The position numbers and the translations under genes were made by a program. The notes under the pieces were generated by a model. It saw only the letters and a list, made by a program, of their open reading frames with translations. It had not been told where the DNA came from and did not search any database. Positions 9,001 to 18,967 of a stretch of DNA of 42,355 nucleotides are shown here, one piece after another. Position 1 is the stretch's first letter. Each line of letters opens with the position of its first letter. Where the stretch lies: contig JAVQWQ010000001.1 in the NCBI GenBank assembly GCA_033578915.1, positions 1 to 42,355 on the forward strand, read 5' to 3'. The DNA is from Chitinophagales bacterium (GTDB lineage: Bacteria > Bacteroidota > Bacteroidia > Chitinophagales > LD1).

Positions 9001-9642
9001 CTAAATTTTTCGCGCAATATTTAAGCCGTCCCGTATGGGCAGGATAAAGCTTTCCACGCGCGGATCTTTGAGCACTTTTTCGTTATATGCCCTAATAGCT
9101 TCGGTATCCTTGTCAAATGGCGGATGCATTACCTTTCCGCTCCACAAAACATTATCTGCTATTATAAAACCTCCTTGCCTTACTTTATCAATTACGAGGT
9201 CAAAATACAAAGAATAGTTTTCTTTATCTGCATCTATAAAAACCAAATCAAAAGTTTCATTTAACTCTGGTACTACTTTGCAGGCATCGCCAATGTGCAA
9301 GGTTATTTTATCACTCAATTGAGCAAGCTCAAAATATTTTCGAATCATATCTTCCAGCTCTTCGTTGACATCAATAGTATGCAAGTGGCCGTTTTTGGCA
9401 AGGCCTTTTGCAAGGCAAATGGCAGAATATCCGGTATAGGTTCCGATTTCGAGGATGCGATGCGGCTGTAAAGCGCGAGAGAAAAATTCAAGAAACTTGC
9501 CCTGAACATTTCCGCTAAGCATTTGCGGCATAGACACTTTGAGGTGTGTTTCGCGCCACAACTGTTGCAGAACAGCGTCTTCAGGTGAAGACATTTGTTC
9601 AGCATATCGCAATAACTCTTCAGGTAGAAAAGACAAGCTCAT
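9001..9642 (-). CDS. Class I SAM-dependent O-methyltransferase (caffeoyl-CoA OMT / YrrM-TrmR family)
   Basis: 213 aa. SAM motif I ILEIGTYTGYSAICLA. DVNEE acidic loop. FDLVFIDADKENY and GGFIIADNVLWSG, typical of the Methyltransf_3 family. Confidence 0.88.
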   Translation of the reverse strand: MSLSFLPEELLRYAEQMSSPEDAVLQQLWRETHLKVSMPQMLSGNVQGKFLEFFSRALQPHRILEIGTYTGYSAICLAKGLAKNGHLHTIDVNEELEDMIRKYFELAQLSDKITLHIGDACKVVPELNETFDLVFIDADKENYSLYFDLVIDKVRQGGFIIADNVLWSGKVMHPPFDKDTEAIRAYNEKVLKDPRVESFILPIRDGLNIARKI

Positions 9643-9670
9643 AGCGATTAGTATTAAAAGAAAATGATCT

Positions 9671-10762
9671 TTAGTTTTTGAGTTTCATCTCCAACAAAAC
9701 GGGCTGGTGATCGCTGAAACGAAATCCAAGGTCAATAGTGTTAACATTTAAAACATCAATATTAGGCGAAACAAAAAAGTAATCTATAACCGTAGTAAAT
9801 GACTTTTGAGGGTCAAAAGGAGTTTTATTTTTTCTGTTTGTTCCTTTGGAAGGGTCGTACGCGTATTTCCAACCTAGAATGTAATTTTCATCGGCATTGG
9901 CGTTGAGATAGTCGCTTTCCGGCTCTTTAGCAAATTTGTATGGGTCTATGCCTGGAGGACATATATTCCAGTCCCCGCCAAGTACAACAAAATTTCCCTT
10001 GTTGTATTCATCCAGAAGAATTTTTCGAGTAAAATCCATTTGCTTCTTTTTGATTTCTCCTTTATCGTATGCTTCAAAATGCGTATTGATAACAATCAGG
10101 TCCTTGTTAGATTCAGCAATTGGAAACCTTTGTAGCAACAAGCAGCGCTGAAGATAAAAAAGTTTGTCCGGAAAATCTTCTTTATTAGGCAGTTGAATTC
10201 GTTTACATTCTGTTGGATAATACCGCGATAAAGACTGTAAACCACCCAAGACACGACCCATGGGATTAGTGTAGGGCACCGGCACAAAACGTACATCATA
10301 ATTCACCGCAAAAGCAGAGTAATATTCAGGCAAAGCAGAAGCGATTTTTTCTTTTTGGTTAATGTAGTGGCTTCTTCTGCCTGCAGTATCTACTTCCTGC
10401 AACAAAATGAAATCAGCATCACAATTCTTAAGAAAATCCTGTATGCCTTCATTATAGCGAAGCACCCATTCTTTCGGGCTTACAACCATCTTTCCTCCAT
10501 CGTAAAAAAAATCCGCCTCAGCCCCAAGGCCCCCATATCCGATATTCCATATCAATATCTTGTAAGTCTTTGTTGAATCGTTGGGCAGCTTGTTATCTAT
10601 TTCTTTTTGCGATGAATATTTTTTTTCTGCTTTAAGAGGTAATTCATGGTCAGGATTGAATCTTGTTAAGGCTGCAAATACAATATTGCCGAGCACATAC
10701 AGCACTGCAAGGGCTACAAGAGCAATCAATATGAACAACAGCAGCTTCATGAATTTTTTCAT
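9671..10762 (-). CDS. Membrane-anchored endonuclease/exonuclease/phosphatase (EEP) family protein
   Basis: 363 aa. N-terminal TM/signal anchor (LLLFILIALVALAVLYVLG). EEP catalytic blocks ILIWNIGYG, ADFILLQEVD, VINTHFEAY, LGGDWNI, SDHQPV. Confidence 0.85.
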   Translation of the reverse strand: MKKFMKLLLFILIALVALAVLYVLGNIVFAALTRFNPDHELPLKAEKKYSSQKEIDNKLPNDSTKTYKILIWNIGYGGLGAEADFFYDGGKMVVSPKEWVLRYNEGIQDFLKNCDADFILLQEVDTAGRRSHYINQKEKIASALPEYYSAFAVNYDVRFVPVPYTNPMGRVLGGLQSLSRYYPTECKRIQLPNKEDFPDKLFYLQRCLLLQRFPIAESNKDLIVINTHFEAYDKGEIKKKQMDFTRKILLDEYNKGNFVVLGGDWNICPPGIDPYKFAKEPESDYLNANADENYILGWKYAYDPSKGTNRKNKTPFDPQKSFTTVIDYFFVSPNIDVLNVNTIDLGFRFSDHQPVLLEMKLKN

Positions 10763-10776
10763 GCTAAAAGAATATT

Positions 10777-12465
10777 TTATTTATAAACCTTCCTTCTTAA
10801 AATAGCATACACCAGTATAAGAAAGAGAAATCCGGCTGTACAATACCCCATAAAACTCCACTTGTTAATCCCATAATAAAATTTCATTTCGGAAGGAAAG
10901 TCTGCTAAAAGCGCAATAGAAGAGCCTATGATGAGAGCACAAATGATATAAGTAAGTATGAGGCGGTTTGTAATGCTATCCCACTTTTTTAATGCATAAC
11001 CGTATCCTTGCAACTCTACTTCAAAATGCAACTTGCCTTTCTGTGTTTTTTGTAATATATTTCTTACTTCAACCGGGAAAGAATTCAGAAATGCGTTCAG
11101 GTTTGAAAAACGCATCTGTGCTTCTGATGCAAGATTTTCGGGACGCAATTGCTCTGCAATAAGTTTTTGTCCGTAAGGCCTTATGAAATCATAGGTTTTA
11201 AAGTTGGGATAAAGTTTTTTTCCAATACCCTCTAATATGGCAAAGGCGCGAAAGATGATAAATATGCCTCCCGGAACCGTAATTTTATAATCATACATTA
11301 TTTTTTGCAGGCGCGCAATCACATCCTGTATGCTACTCTCGCTCACATCAAGATGTGCGTAGTCTTCAATGAGGTCATTTAAATCATATATAAACTGCCT
11401 CATATCTGTAATGTTATCCTCTATAGCGAGCTTTCTGAATTGAACAGCCATTTCACGGGCATCATATTTTGACATAGCAATGAAAATTCCTGCGAAGGCA
11501 TATTTGTCTTTTTTCATTAATTGGCCCACCATACCAAAGTCGAGCAGAATTATAGTGCCTTCTTCATTCACCAGCACATTTCCCGGATGAGGGTCTCCGT
11601 GAAAGAAGCCATGCTCAAAAATCTGCGACAGGTAAATATCCATTCCGCGCTCGACAATTTTCTTAGGGTCAATGCCCCACTCGCGCAGTTGGCGCACATC
11701 GGTAATTTTACAACCGCGCACAAATTCCATCACCATCACTTTAGCCGTACTGTACTCGCGGTACACTTTAGGAACATAAAAATCAGTGCGGTTGCGGTAA
11801 TAATTTCTAAAGCGTTCGATGTTGCGCGCCTCGTTTCGGTAGTCAAGCTCTTTTTGCATGGTGCGTTCAAAAACATTCACAACCTCCTCGGCATTGAGAA
11901 TACCTTGTTTTTTAAGGTAGCGATCGCTTCTGCGCACCACCTCACGCAGTATGCTCAAGTCGCGCTCCACAACTTCCTGCACCTCCGGGCGCTGTACTTT
12001 TACCACCACCTCCTCCCCTGTTATCAGTTTTGCTTTATGCACCTGGCCAATGGAAGCCGAAGCAATAGGCACCTCACTGAATTCTTCGAAAATCTCATTC
12101 AGTTTTTTTTTCGTTTCTCGCTCTATGATGAGCTTTACTTTGGAAAATTCAAAGGGCGGAACTCTATCCTGTAATTTTTCAAATTCTTTGACAAGCGGTT
12201 CAGGGACGATATCGGGGCGGTTACTAAGCACCTGAGCCAGTTTGACAAAAGTTGGGCCTAACTCAACTGCAGCCATGCGAATGCGCTCCCAGCGTGTATA
12301 TTCCAATGCGGGCTTATCGTCTCGAATCCAGCGCAGCCGCATGCCTTCGGTTACCAGATTGCGCAGTGTGCTGTTGGCGATTAAATCTTCAAACCCATAT
12401 TTGATTAAAATCGCCAATATTTCGCGAGTGCGCCCTAAGTTCCGGAAAGTGTTATTGAAAATCAT
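10777..12465 (-). CDS. ubiB: ABC1/ADCK/UbiB-family atypical protein kinase
   Basis: 562 aa. FVKLAQVLSNRPDIVP, ASIGQVHKAKL, VVKVQRP, HGDPHPGNVLV, LLDFGMVG. Two C-terminal TM helices. The symbol is given as a family label only. Confidence 0.88.
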   Translation of the reverse strand: MIFNNTFRNLGRTREILAILIKYGFEDLIANSTLRNLVTEGMRLRWIRDDKPALEYTRWERIRMAAVELGPTFVKLAQVLSNRPDIVPEPLVKEFEKLQDRVPPFEFSKVKLIIERETKKKLNEIFEEFSEVPIASASIGQVHKAKLITGEEVVVKVQRPEVQEVVERDLSILREVVRRSDRYLKKQGILNAEEVVNVFERTMQKELDYRNEARNIERFRNYYRNRTDFYVPKVYREYSTAKVMVMEFVRGCKITDVRQLREWGIDPKKIVERGMDIYLSQIFEHGFFHGDPHPGNVLVNEEGTIILLDFGMVGQLMKKDKYAFAGIFIAMSKYDAREMAVQFRKLAIEDNITDMRQFIYDLNDLIEDYAHLDVSESSIQDVIARLQKIMYDYKITVPGGIFIIFRAFAILEGIGKKLYPNFKTYDFIRPYGQKLIAEQLRPENLASEAQMRFSNLNAFLNSFPVEVRNILQKTQKGKLHFEVELQGYGYALKKWDSITNRLILTYIICALIIGSSIALLADFPSEMKFYYGINKWSFMGYCTAGFLFLILVYAILRRKVYK

Positions 12466-12513
12466 TCGCGTGTTAAATGTATAATTTGTTTTAATAAACC
12501 GTGAAACCTATAA

Positions 12514-12521
12514 CAAAGTTA
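12514..12521 (-). promoter_or_regulatory. Candidate -7 promoter box (TAACTTTG) for the ubiB-EEP-OMT operon
   Basis: The + strand reads CAAAGTTA. Exact TAnnTTTG on the minus strand, 49 nt upstream of ATG 12465. Confidence 0.3.
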
Positions 12522-12576
12522 GAACTCATTAAAAACTGTTTACAATGAAGGATTTTGCAACCTTTGGCTTCTAAAC

Positions 12577-14775
12577 ATGTATCTTTACGCAGTGGGTTTA
12601 AGAAGCTTCGTTACCGTTTTTTTTACGCTCGCAATTAATATTTTACTTGCACAGCCCTTATATCACGCAGCGAGTCTTGCTGTTTATCGAAATGGTATTT
12701 TGTTAGATAATGGCTGGTGTGGCGGCCTGGATCTGCCTCAGATTTCTCCTGCATTTATTGACAATGATAATTTAGAGGATCTTTTTGTTTTTGACCGCAA
12801 CAATAACCGAGGCTACGTTTTTCTTCATAAAGGGCAGGGCAGGTATGTTTATTCTTTTCACTATTCCGGTATGTTTCCTGAAATGGAAAACTGGGCGCTG
12901 CTACGGGATTTTAATAAAGACGGTGTTCCGGATATTTTTTGTTACGCCAATAGCGGCATGAAAATATTCAGAGGCAAAAGAAATGGAAACATTCTTTTCT
13001 TCGAGTTACTCACTTCATTGCTTACTTACACAGATTATTTTAATCCTGCATACCCACAGGTAAATGTTTACGTTTTGACTGACGACATACCCGGTATTAT
13101 TGATGTAAATGGTGATGGCGACATGGATATTCTTGTTTTTGGAAATCTGCTTAGCTCGTCATCGTGCCAATATTACGAAAACCAATCTGTAGAAAAGGGT
13201 TATGGTGCAGATTCTTTGATATTCGACTCTTATGGTCTTGACCAGTGCTGGGGGCGTTTCCTGGAGTCAGATATTTCTAATTCCATTACACTGGGCTACT
13301 GTAAAACAGGCGGCATAGAAGGACATGGGGCGGGCAGGCACGCCGGCTCTACACTATGCCCGTTCGACGAAGACGGTGATGGTGACCTCGATTTACTGCT
13401 GGGCGACATCACATACAATACCATGATCATGCTCAGAAACGGAGGAGACGCTCAACAGGCCGACATAAAATCTTTCGATTCAATTTTTCCTCGCTACAAT
13501 ATTCCTATCCAGTTGCCCGTTTTCCCGGCCGGATTTATTGCAGACGGTGATGGAGATGGCATCAAAGATCTATTGGTAGCTCCTAATGCGCGAAACGCAT
13601 ACAAAAATGTAAACAACGTGTTGTGGTACAAGAACACTGGCACTAACAAAAACTTCATTTTTCAATATCAAAGTGATAGTTTTCTGGTTCGAACACTATT
13701 AGACTTTGGCAGCAATGCAAAAGTGGCCGTATTTGACCACAATAGTGACGGCTTGTTAGATATTGTTGTAGGCAATAAAAGTTATTACACTCAGCAAGGA
13801 CAATTGGAGGTTTCGAGGCTTGCATTGCTTGAGAATATAGGGACACCCCAAAAACCTATGTTCAAGTTGGCCAGCGATAATTATCAAAACATAGCTCAAT
13901 TTCTGATGAAAGAACTCCAGCCCGCTTTTGGTGACTTAGACGGAGACGGCAAATCTGACATGTTGCTGGGAGACTTCAGTGGTTACCTGCATTTTTTTAA
14001 AAACACCGGTGGAAATATGGCTGCTTTCCCTACGCTAACTGCTCCACAATATTTTAACATTGATGCCTCTGTGTTGGCAGCGCCTTACATCTATGATGTG
14101 GACAGCGATGGAGATAATGATATTATTTGTGGTCGGAGAGATGGCACGCTTAATTGGTATATCAACTTTGGTTCAAAAACCAACCCGTCTTTTCACAAAG
14201 ATTCTGTTGTAACAAATTGGGGGAAAATAAATATTACCGGCATTTATGAAGTGGAGGGTTGTACTCAGCCTGTCATATACCGAAAAAGTGATTCCTTGTT
14301 TTTATATACTGGCTCTAATCGCGGCACTGTATTTAAATTCTACATACCTGACCCTTTGCAGCGTAATGTTGTTTTTCAGCTTGTTGACTCCAATTTTCTT
14401 AACTTTAACGTTGGTCGCAGAGCTACTATAGCCATCGCTGATTTTGACGGTGATAGCATACCGGATATTGTAACAGGAAATGCCAGTGGAGGATTGGACT
14501 TTTTTACATCAACTCCACAAACCCCTTCGAATACCAGCGATCTGGCAGAATCAGATTCAGAATGGTATTTCTTTCCTAATCCTGCAGGTTCATATCTGTC
14601 AGTGGCCACAAAAAATAGAGAGCCAAAGCGCTTAGTGTTGATGGATATAGCGGGCAATAGAATTTGGGAAGAAGTGATACACGACAAAACATTTATATCT
14701 CTTGAAGGCCTTCCAAACGGAATTTATTTTCTTCAATCATCCAAGCAAACCAAGAAGCTGATTGTTGTGAAGTAA
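12577..14775 (+). CDS. FG-GAP/VCBS-repeat beta-propeller protein with T9SS C-terminal sorting domain
   Basis: 732 aa with a signal peptide. Seven Ca-binding-type repeats (DVNGDGDMDILVFG, DEDGDGDLDLLLGD, ADGDGDGIKDLLVA, DHNSDGLLDIVVGN, GDLDGDGKSDMLLGD, YDVDSDGDNDIICG, ADFDGDSIPDIVTGN). C-terminal ~75 aa CTD (FFPNPAGSYLSV ... LPNGIYFLQ ... KLIVVK), roughly 14548..14772. Confidence 0.9.
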   Translation: MYLYAVGLRSFVTVFFTLAINILLAQPLYHAASLAVYRNGILLDNGWCGGLDLPQISPAFIDNDNLEDLFVFDRNNNRGYVFLHKGQGRYVYSFHYSGMFPEMENWALLRDFNKDGVPDIFCYANSGMKIFRGKRNGNILFFELLTSLLTYTDYFNPAYPQVNVYVLTDDIPGIIDVNGDGDMDILVFGNLLSSSSCQYYENQSVEKGYGADSLIFDSYGLDQCWGRFLESDISNSITLGYCKTGGIEGHGAGRHAGSTLCPFDEDGDGDLDLLLGDITYNTMIMLRNGGDAQQADIKSFDSIFPRYNIPIQLPVFPAGFIADGDGDGIKDLLVAPNARNAYKNVNNVLWYKNTGTNKNFIFQYQSDSFLVRTLLDFGSNAKVAVFDHNSDGLLDIVVGNKSYYTQQGQLEVSRLALLENIGTPQKPMFKLASDNYQNIAQFLMKELQPAFGDLDGDGKSDMLLGDFSGYLHFFKNTGGNMAAFPTLTAPQYFNIDASVLAAPYIYDVDSDGDNDIICGRRDGTLNWYINFGSKTNPSFHKDSVVTNWGKINITGIYEVEGCTQPVIYRKSDSLFLYTGSNRGTVFKFYIPDPLQRNVVFQLVDSNFLNFNVGRRATIAIADFDGDSIPDIVTGNASGGLDFFTSTPQTPSNTSDLAESDSEWYFFPNPAGSYLSVATKNREPKRLVLMDIAGNRIWEEVIHDKTFISLEGLPNGIYFLQSSKQTKKLIVVK

Positions 14776-14782
14776 AACTACA

Positions 14783-15922
14783 TTAACGAAGAGCTTGGTC
14801 AAGGTCAGCAATCAGGTCCTCGATATCTTCTATCCCGACACTTAAGCGCAGAAGATTATCTGTTACTCCCGCTTTCTCGCGCTCTTCTTTCGGCACTGAT
14901 GCGTGTGTCATAGTTACAGGGTGATTCACTAAGCTTTCTACGCCACCTAGCGATTCAGCAAGAGAAAATACTTTAAAGGATGAAGCAATTCTGAAAGTTT
15001 CCTCTAAAGATACATCTTTGAGCCGAAAGGAAAGCATGCCTCCAAAATCGCGCATCTGCTTTTTGGCTACTTCGTGGTTGGGATGATCTTCGAAACCGGG
15101 GAAGTAAACACGCTCTATACGTGGGTGTTTCCTCAAAAAATGTGCAATGGCCTTAGCGTTTTGACAATGCCGCTCCATGCGCAAATGAAGTGTCTTGATT
15201 CCGCGAAGAACAAGAAAAGCATCCATGGGTCCCGGTACGGCTCCGCAAGAGTTGTGAATAAAGGCCAACTGCTGATATAACGATTCATCTTTGCAGATTA
15301 GAGCGCCCATCACCACATCGCTGTGGCCACCCAGATATTTAGTTACCGAATGCATTACGATATCAGCTCCTAAATCTAAAGGATTCTGAAGGTAAGGCGT
15401 GGCAAATGTATTATCTACTGCCAGCCTCAATCCGTTCTTATGCGCTATGGCAGCGCAGGCGCTTATATCCACTATCTGCATGGTAGGATTAGTGGGTGTT
15501 TCAATCCACAACAGTTTAGTGTGATTATTTAAATAGGATAAAATGTTTGCAGGATTACTAAGATCAATGTAGTGAAACTTAATTCCCAACGGAGCATATA
15601 TCATTTGGAACATCCTATAAGTTCCTCCATACAAGTCATTCCCTGTGATGACCTCATCGCCCGGGCGCAATAATTTTACGACCGCATCTATCGCCCCCAT
15701 ACCACTACTGAAACACAGGCAGAATTTTCCGTTTTCCAATGCAGCAAGATTCTTTTCTAAAACCTGTCGGGTAGGGTTTTTGCCTCTTGCATAAGCAAAT
15801 CCTTTGTGCTGCCCGGGGCTTTGCTGCACAAAAGTAGATGTTTGATAGATAGGAGTCATGATAGCTCCGGTAGTTGGATCAGGTTCAATTCCTGCATGGA
15901 TAGCTTTGGTTCCAAACTTCAT
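14783..15922 (-). CDS. PLP-dependent trans-sulfuration enzyme (cystathionine gamma-synthase / gamma-lyase / beta-lyase family)
   Basis: 379 aa. Cys/Met-metabolism PLP family with the lysine motif HSVTKYLGGHSDVVMG, plus N-terminal GAIMTPIYQTSTF and C-terminal RLSVGIEDIEDLIADL. Confidence 0.93.
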   Translation of the reverse strand: MKFGTKAIHAGIEPDPTTGAIMTPIYQTSTFVQQSPGQHKGFAYARGKNPTRQVLEKNLAALENGKFCLCFSSGMGAIDAVVKLLRPGDEVITGNDLYGGTYRMFQMIYAPLGIKFHYIDLSNPANILSYLNNHTKLLWIETPTNPTMQIVDISACAAIAHKNGLRLAVDNTFATPYLQNPLDLGADIVMHSVTKYLGGHSDVVMGALICKDESLYQQLAFIHNSCGAVPGPMDAFLVLRGIKTLHLRMERHCQNAKAIAHFLRKHPRIERVYFPGFEDHPNHEVAKKQMRDFGGMLSFRLKDVSLEETFRIASSFKVFSLAESLGGVESLVNHPVTMTHASVPKEEREKAGVTDNLLRLSVGIEDIEDLIADLDQALR

Positions 15923-16024
15923 TGTAAAAAAGTTTTGATAAAGACAATTTTAAAAAACATTTTACGCTGTGGAAGCTTATTTCAACCCGAATGAAAATTT
16001 ATAAATGCTAAGCTGTTTATTCAT

Positions 16025-16032
16025 CAAAAATA
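16025..16032 (-). promoter_or_regulatory. Candidate -7 promoter box (TATTTTTG) upstream of the trans-sulfuration gene
   Basis: The + strand reads CAAAAATA. Exact TAnnTTTG on the minus strand, about 100 nt upstream of ATG 15922, implying a ~95 nt leader. Confidence 0.25.
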
Positions 16033-16042
16033 TTTGATATAT

Positions 16043-16846
16043 ATGCAGCAAAGTTTACATATGAATAGAAGCTTCTTTTTTATTATTCTTCTGGGTATTT
16101 GGGGAATACAAGGCTGTAAAAAAGCTAATTTGTTTACCATACAAGATGATATTGCTTTAGGAAGACAAACTCACGAGGAAATCTTACGCAATCCCGGAGA
16201 ATATCCAATATTAAACGAAAGCACCAACAAAGCAGCTTATAATTATCTCTATGCCATGCGTGATGCCTTGCTGAATAGTTCAAATCATTTTGAACACAAA
16301 AACGATTTTGAATGGAAGATATACATTATTGACCGCGATGATGTATTGAATGCTTTCTGCACGCCCGGAGGTTATATTTATATCTACACAGGACTTATAA
16401 AATATCTTGATGATGCTTCATCGCTTGCAGGGGTTTTAGGCCACGAAATGGCACATGCCGACAGAAGGCACTCCACACGGCAAATGACAGAAATATATGG
16501 CATACAAGCCCTGCTCTCCTTTATTGGCGGAAGCGCCCAGCAAATAGCTGAAATAGCCGCTCAACTTATTGTATTAAAGTTCAGCAGAAATCATGAAAAG
16601 GAAGCAGATACATACTCTGTAAAATATCTCTGCGGCACCCGTTACCGTGCAGACGGGGCAGCAGATTTCTTTAAAAAAATTGGTAGCCAGGGAATTCCGG
16701 AATTCCTAAGTACGCATCCTGACCCCGGGAACCGCGTGGCAAACATTACAAAACAAAAACAAGAGTTAGGTTGTGAAGATGCAGATAATTATCAGCCTGG
16801 TGAGGATATTACCAGTTACAACCAGCTAAAAGCAGCTTTGAATTAA
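16043..16846 (+). CDS. M48-family zinc metallopeptidase, lipoprotein
   Basis: HEMAH zinc motif (GHEMAHADRRH) with downstream EKEAD. Lipobox WGIQGC. The track start 16034 is a TTG; the first ATG is 16043, and ATG 16061 (MNRSFFF) is an equally good start. Confidence 0.88.
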   Translation: MQQSLHMNRSFFFIILLGIWGIQGCKKANLFTIQDDIALGRQTHEEILRNPGEYPILNESTNKAAYNYLYAMRDALLNSSNHFEHKNDFEWKIYIIDRDDVLNAFCTPGGYIYIYTGLIKYLDDASSLAGVLGHEMAHADRRHSTRQMTEIYGIQALLSFIGGSAQQIAEIAAQLIVLKFSRNHEKEADTYSVKYLCGTRYRADGAADFFKKIGSQGIPEFLSTHPDPGNRVANITKQKQELGCEDADNYQPGEDITSYNQLKAALN

Positions 16847-16888
16847 AAATTATTTTTTTGCTATTATTAAAGGGATACGAGTAACCAT

Positions 16889-18967
16889 TTACGAGACAGC
16901 AGCTTTTTTAAGTTTCTTACTGATGGTGAAATAAAAGGTTGTACCTATTCCCGGAGTACTTTCAAACCAAATATCGCCACCGTGCAGATGAATGATTTTT
17001 TTACAAATAGCTAAACCTATTCCGGTTCCGGGAAACTCTGCTTCTGAATGAAGTCTCTGGAAAATTTGAAAGATTTTTTCTTTAAACTCTTCCTCAATTC
17101 CGATTCCATTATCTTCAATAGAAAACTGCCAGAACGCATCTTTTTCTTCTACGCCTATTTTTACGACAGGTTGATGGCCACGGACAAATTTTATGGCATT
17201 GTCTATAAGATTTTGAAAAAGTTGCATCAACTGGTTACTGTCTCCTATGACAACCGGCAAAGGCTGAATTTCTATTATCACGTTATTTGCCTGAATAGTT
17301 GTCTCTATATTTTTCAAGACTACGTGTAATAAATCGTTTAAGTTTATCTCTGTAAATGGCTTCGGACGTGTATTAATACGCGAATAGTTTAAAAGGTCCT
17401 GAATAAGCCGCTGCATACGTTTAGCTCCTGAAACAGAAAATTCTATAAACTCTTTTCCGTCTGCCTCTAATTTATGACCATACCTACTTTCGAGAAGTTG
17501 GAGGTAGCTAGATATGGTGCGAAGCGGGCCCTGAAGGTCGTGGCTGGCCACATAGGCAAAACGCTCTAATTCTTCATTGCTGCGTTTGAGTTCGGCGGCC
17601 TGGCGCTCCAGTTTCATCTGAATTTTTTTGAGGTCTGTTATATCCATAACCATTAACATACCATACACCACCTCTCCCTCATCGCTTCTAATAGGCAAAT
17701 AATTAATCTGATATACACAGTTATTTTGCTCCAGCTCATAAGTTCCAGAAGCCCCGTTGATGGCCGATTTATATATGTGTTCAACTTCTTTAATTTGTTC
17801 ATCACTAAATAGCTCATAAATACTTTTACCTTCTATCAGCTCTCTTTCCAAGCTTATAAAACCTACAAGGTTCCCCTCTGCAAGTACGTAACGAAGCTGT
17901 TTATCGAAGATAAAGATGGCTGAGCGCGGAATGTTTCGGGCGATTTGACGGTAAAGGTTCTCTGATATTTTCAGTATTCTGTTGGCCTCTTCAAGATCTT
18001 TGGTCCGCTGCCTAACTTTGTCTTCCAACTCCAGGTTGATCTGATGCAGGAGTTGCTGGTTTTTTATGCGTTCAGAAATGTCGCGAACATGAAGGAGCAG
18101 GGCCGGCTGGCCATTGTACTGAAAACGGGAGACCTTAACCTCTATTGGAACAGCAGTACCATCTTTTTTTAAAGCTTGCCCTTCAAAAGAGCGCATTTCT
18201 CCCTTAATCAAGAGTGGCTGCCGCATCCTCATGGCTTCTATTTGCGAAGCAGGAGTTAATTCGCAAATATTTTTGCCTAAAAGTTCCTCTTTGGTTTGTC
18301 CATGTAATATGCAGGCCTCTTCATTAACATCTAAAATATTACCTTCAAAATCCTCAACAAAGATTGCATCAGGTGAGCTATTGAAAATATCACGAAATTG
18401 TTGTTCGCTTTGTTTTAGCGCTTCCTGGGCTGACCTTCGTTCTTTTATTTCCTGTGTAAGCCTTTCATTGGTTTGTCTGAGTTCTTGCGTGCGGAGTTGA
18501 ACCAGATTTTCAAATTCATCTTTAGCGCGTCGGATAGCTTCCTCAGCCAAACGTTTTTCTGTGATATCCGTAAAAATACCAATAGACCCTCTGAAGATTT
18601 TATTTTCATCAAAAAAAGGACGCCCAATAACATGCCACCACCTAACCTCATTGTTTTTTCCGATGGTCTTTATTTCATACGCATCGCTGATGCCTTTTTT
18701 TCTTAATTCTCTTTTTTGTTCTACAATTTCTCGCTGTTCATCATCTGCAAGGAACTGATCACCACTGGTTCCAAGTAATTCTTCTGCAGTGTAACCAAGC
18801 TCCTGGCACATCTTTTCATTGATATAAATGATTTGTTTATGCTCGTTTTTTACTATGATACCCTCATCAAAAAGTTCAAGTAGTGCCTTGTAATCGAGTA
18901 GTTTAGATATATCAAGGTAATGAACTTTCTTTTCTATATCAGTCTGGATTCCCTTTGGCTCAAGCAT
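16889..18967 (-). CDS. Cytoplasmic multi-PAS sensor histidine kinase, no adjacent response regulator
   Basis: 692 aa. At least three PAS/PAC-like modules separated by coiled coils. H-box ASHDLQGPLRTISSYLQLL. N box QNLIDNAIKF. G boxes DNGIGI and GTGIGLAICKKI. Confidence 0.92.
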   Translation of the reverse strand: MLEPKGIQTDIEKKVHYLDISKLLDYKALLELFDEGIIVKNEHKQIIYINEKMCQELGYTAEELLGTSGDQFLADDEQREIVEQKRELRKKGISDAYEIKTIGKNNEVRWWHVIGRPFFDENKIFRGSIGIFTDITEKRLAEEAIRRAKDEFENLVQLRTQELRQTNERLTQEIKERRSAQEALKQSEQQFRDIFNSSPDAIFVEDFEGNILDVNEEACILHGQTKEELLGKNICELTPASQIEAMRMRQPLLIKGEMRSFEGQALKKDGTAVPIEVKVSRFQYNGQPALLLHVRDISERIKNQQLLHQINLELEDKVRQRTKDLEEANRILKISENLYRQIARNIPRSAIFIFDKQLRYVLAEGNLVGFISLERELIEGKSIYELFSDEQIKEVEHIYKSAINGASGTYELEQNNCVYQINYLPIRSDEGEVVYGMLMVMDITDLKKIQMKLERQAAELKRSNEELERFAYVASHDLQGPLRTISSYLQLLESRYGHKLEADGKEFIEFSVSGAKRMQRLIQDLLNYSRINTRPKPFTEINLNDLLHVVLKNIETTIQANNVIIEIQPLPVVIGDSNQLMQLFQNLIDNAIKFVRGHQPVVKIGVEEKDAFWQFSIEDNGIGIEEEFKEKIFQIFQRLHSEAEFPGTGIGLAICKKIIHLHGGDIWFESTPGIGTTFYFTISKKLKKAAVS

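Noticed and set aside
8993-9006. Perfect 14 bp palindrome ATTTAGTACTAAAT containing both convergent stop codons (GS-like TAG and OMT TAG)
   Set aside because: It has no loop and an A/T-only 5-6 bp stem, too weak to call a bidirectional terminator. It is most simply a coincidence of two TAG stops placed back to back.
11521-12484. Plus-strand ORFs 11521..12174, 11951..12235 and 12242..12484
   Set aside because: They are antisense shadows of the well-supported ubiB-family gene, with no motifs and no plausible starts in context.
15923-16033. Possible SAM-type riboswitch in the ~100 nt leader of the trans-sulfuration gene
   Set aside because: I can find only a 6 bp AGCUUA/UAAGCU pairing and U-rich tracts. 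I cannot match any SAM-I, SAM-II or SAM/SAH consensus from memory. A covariance-model scan (Rfam) would be needed.
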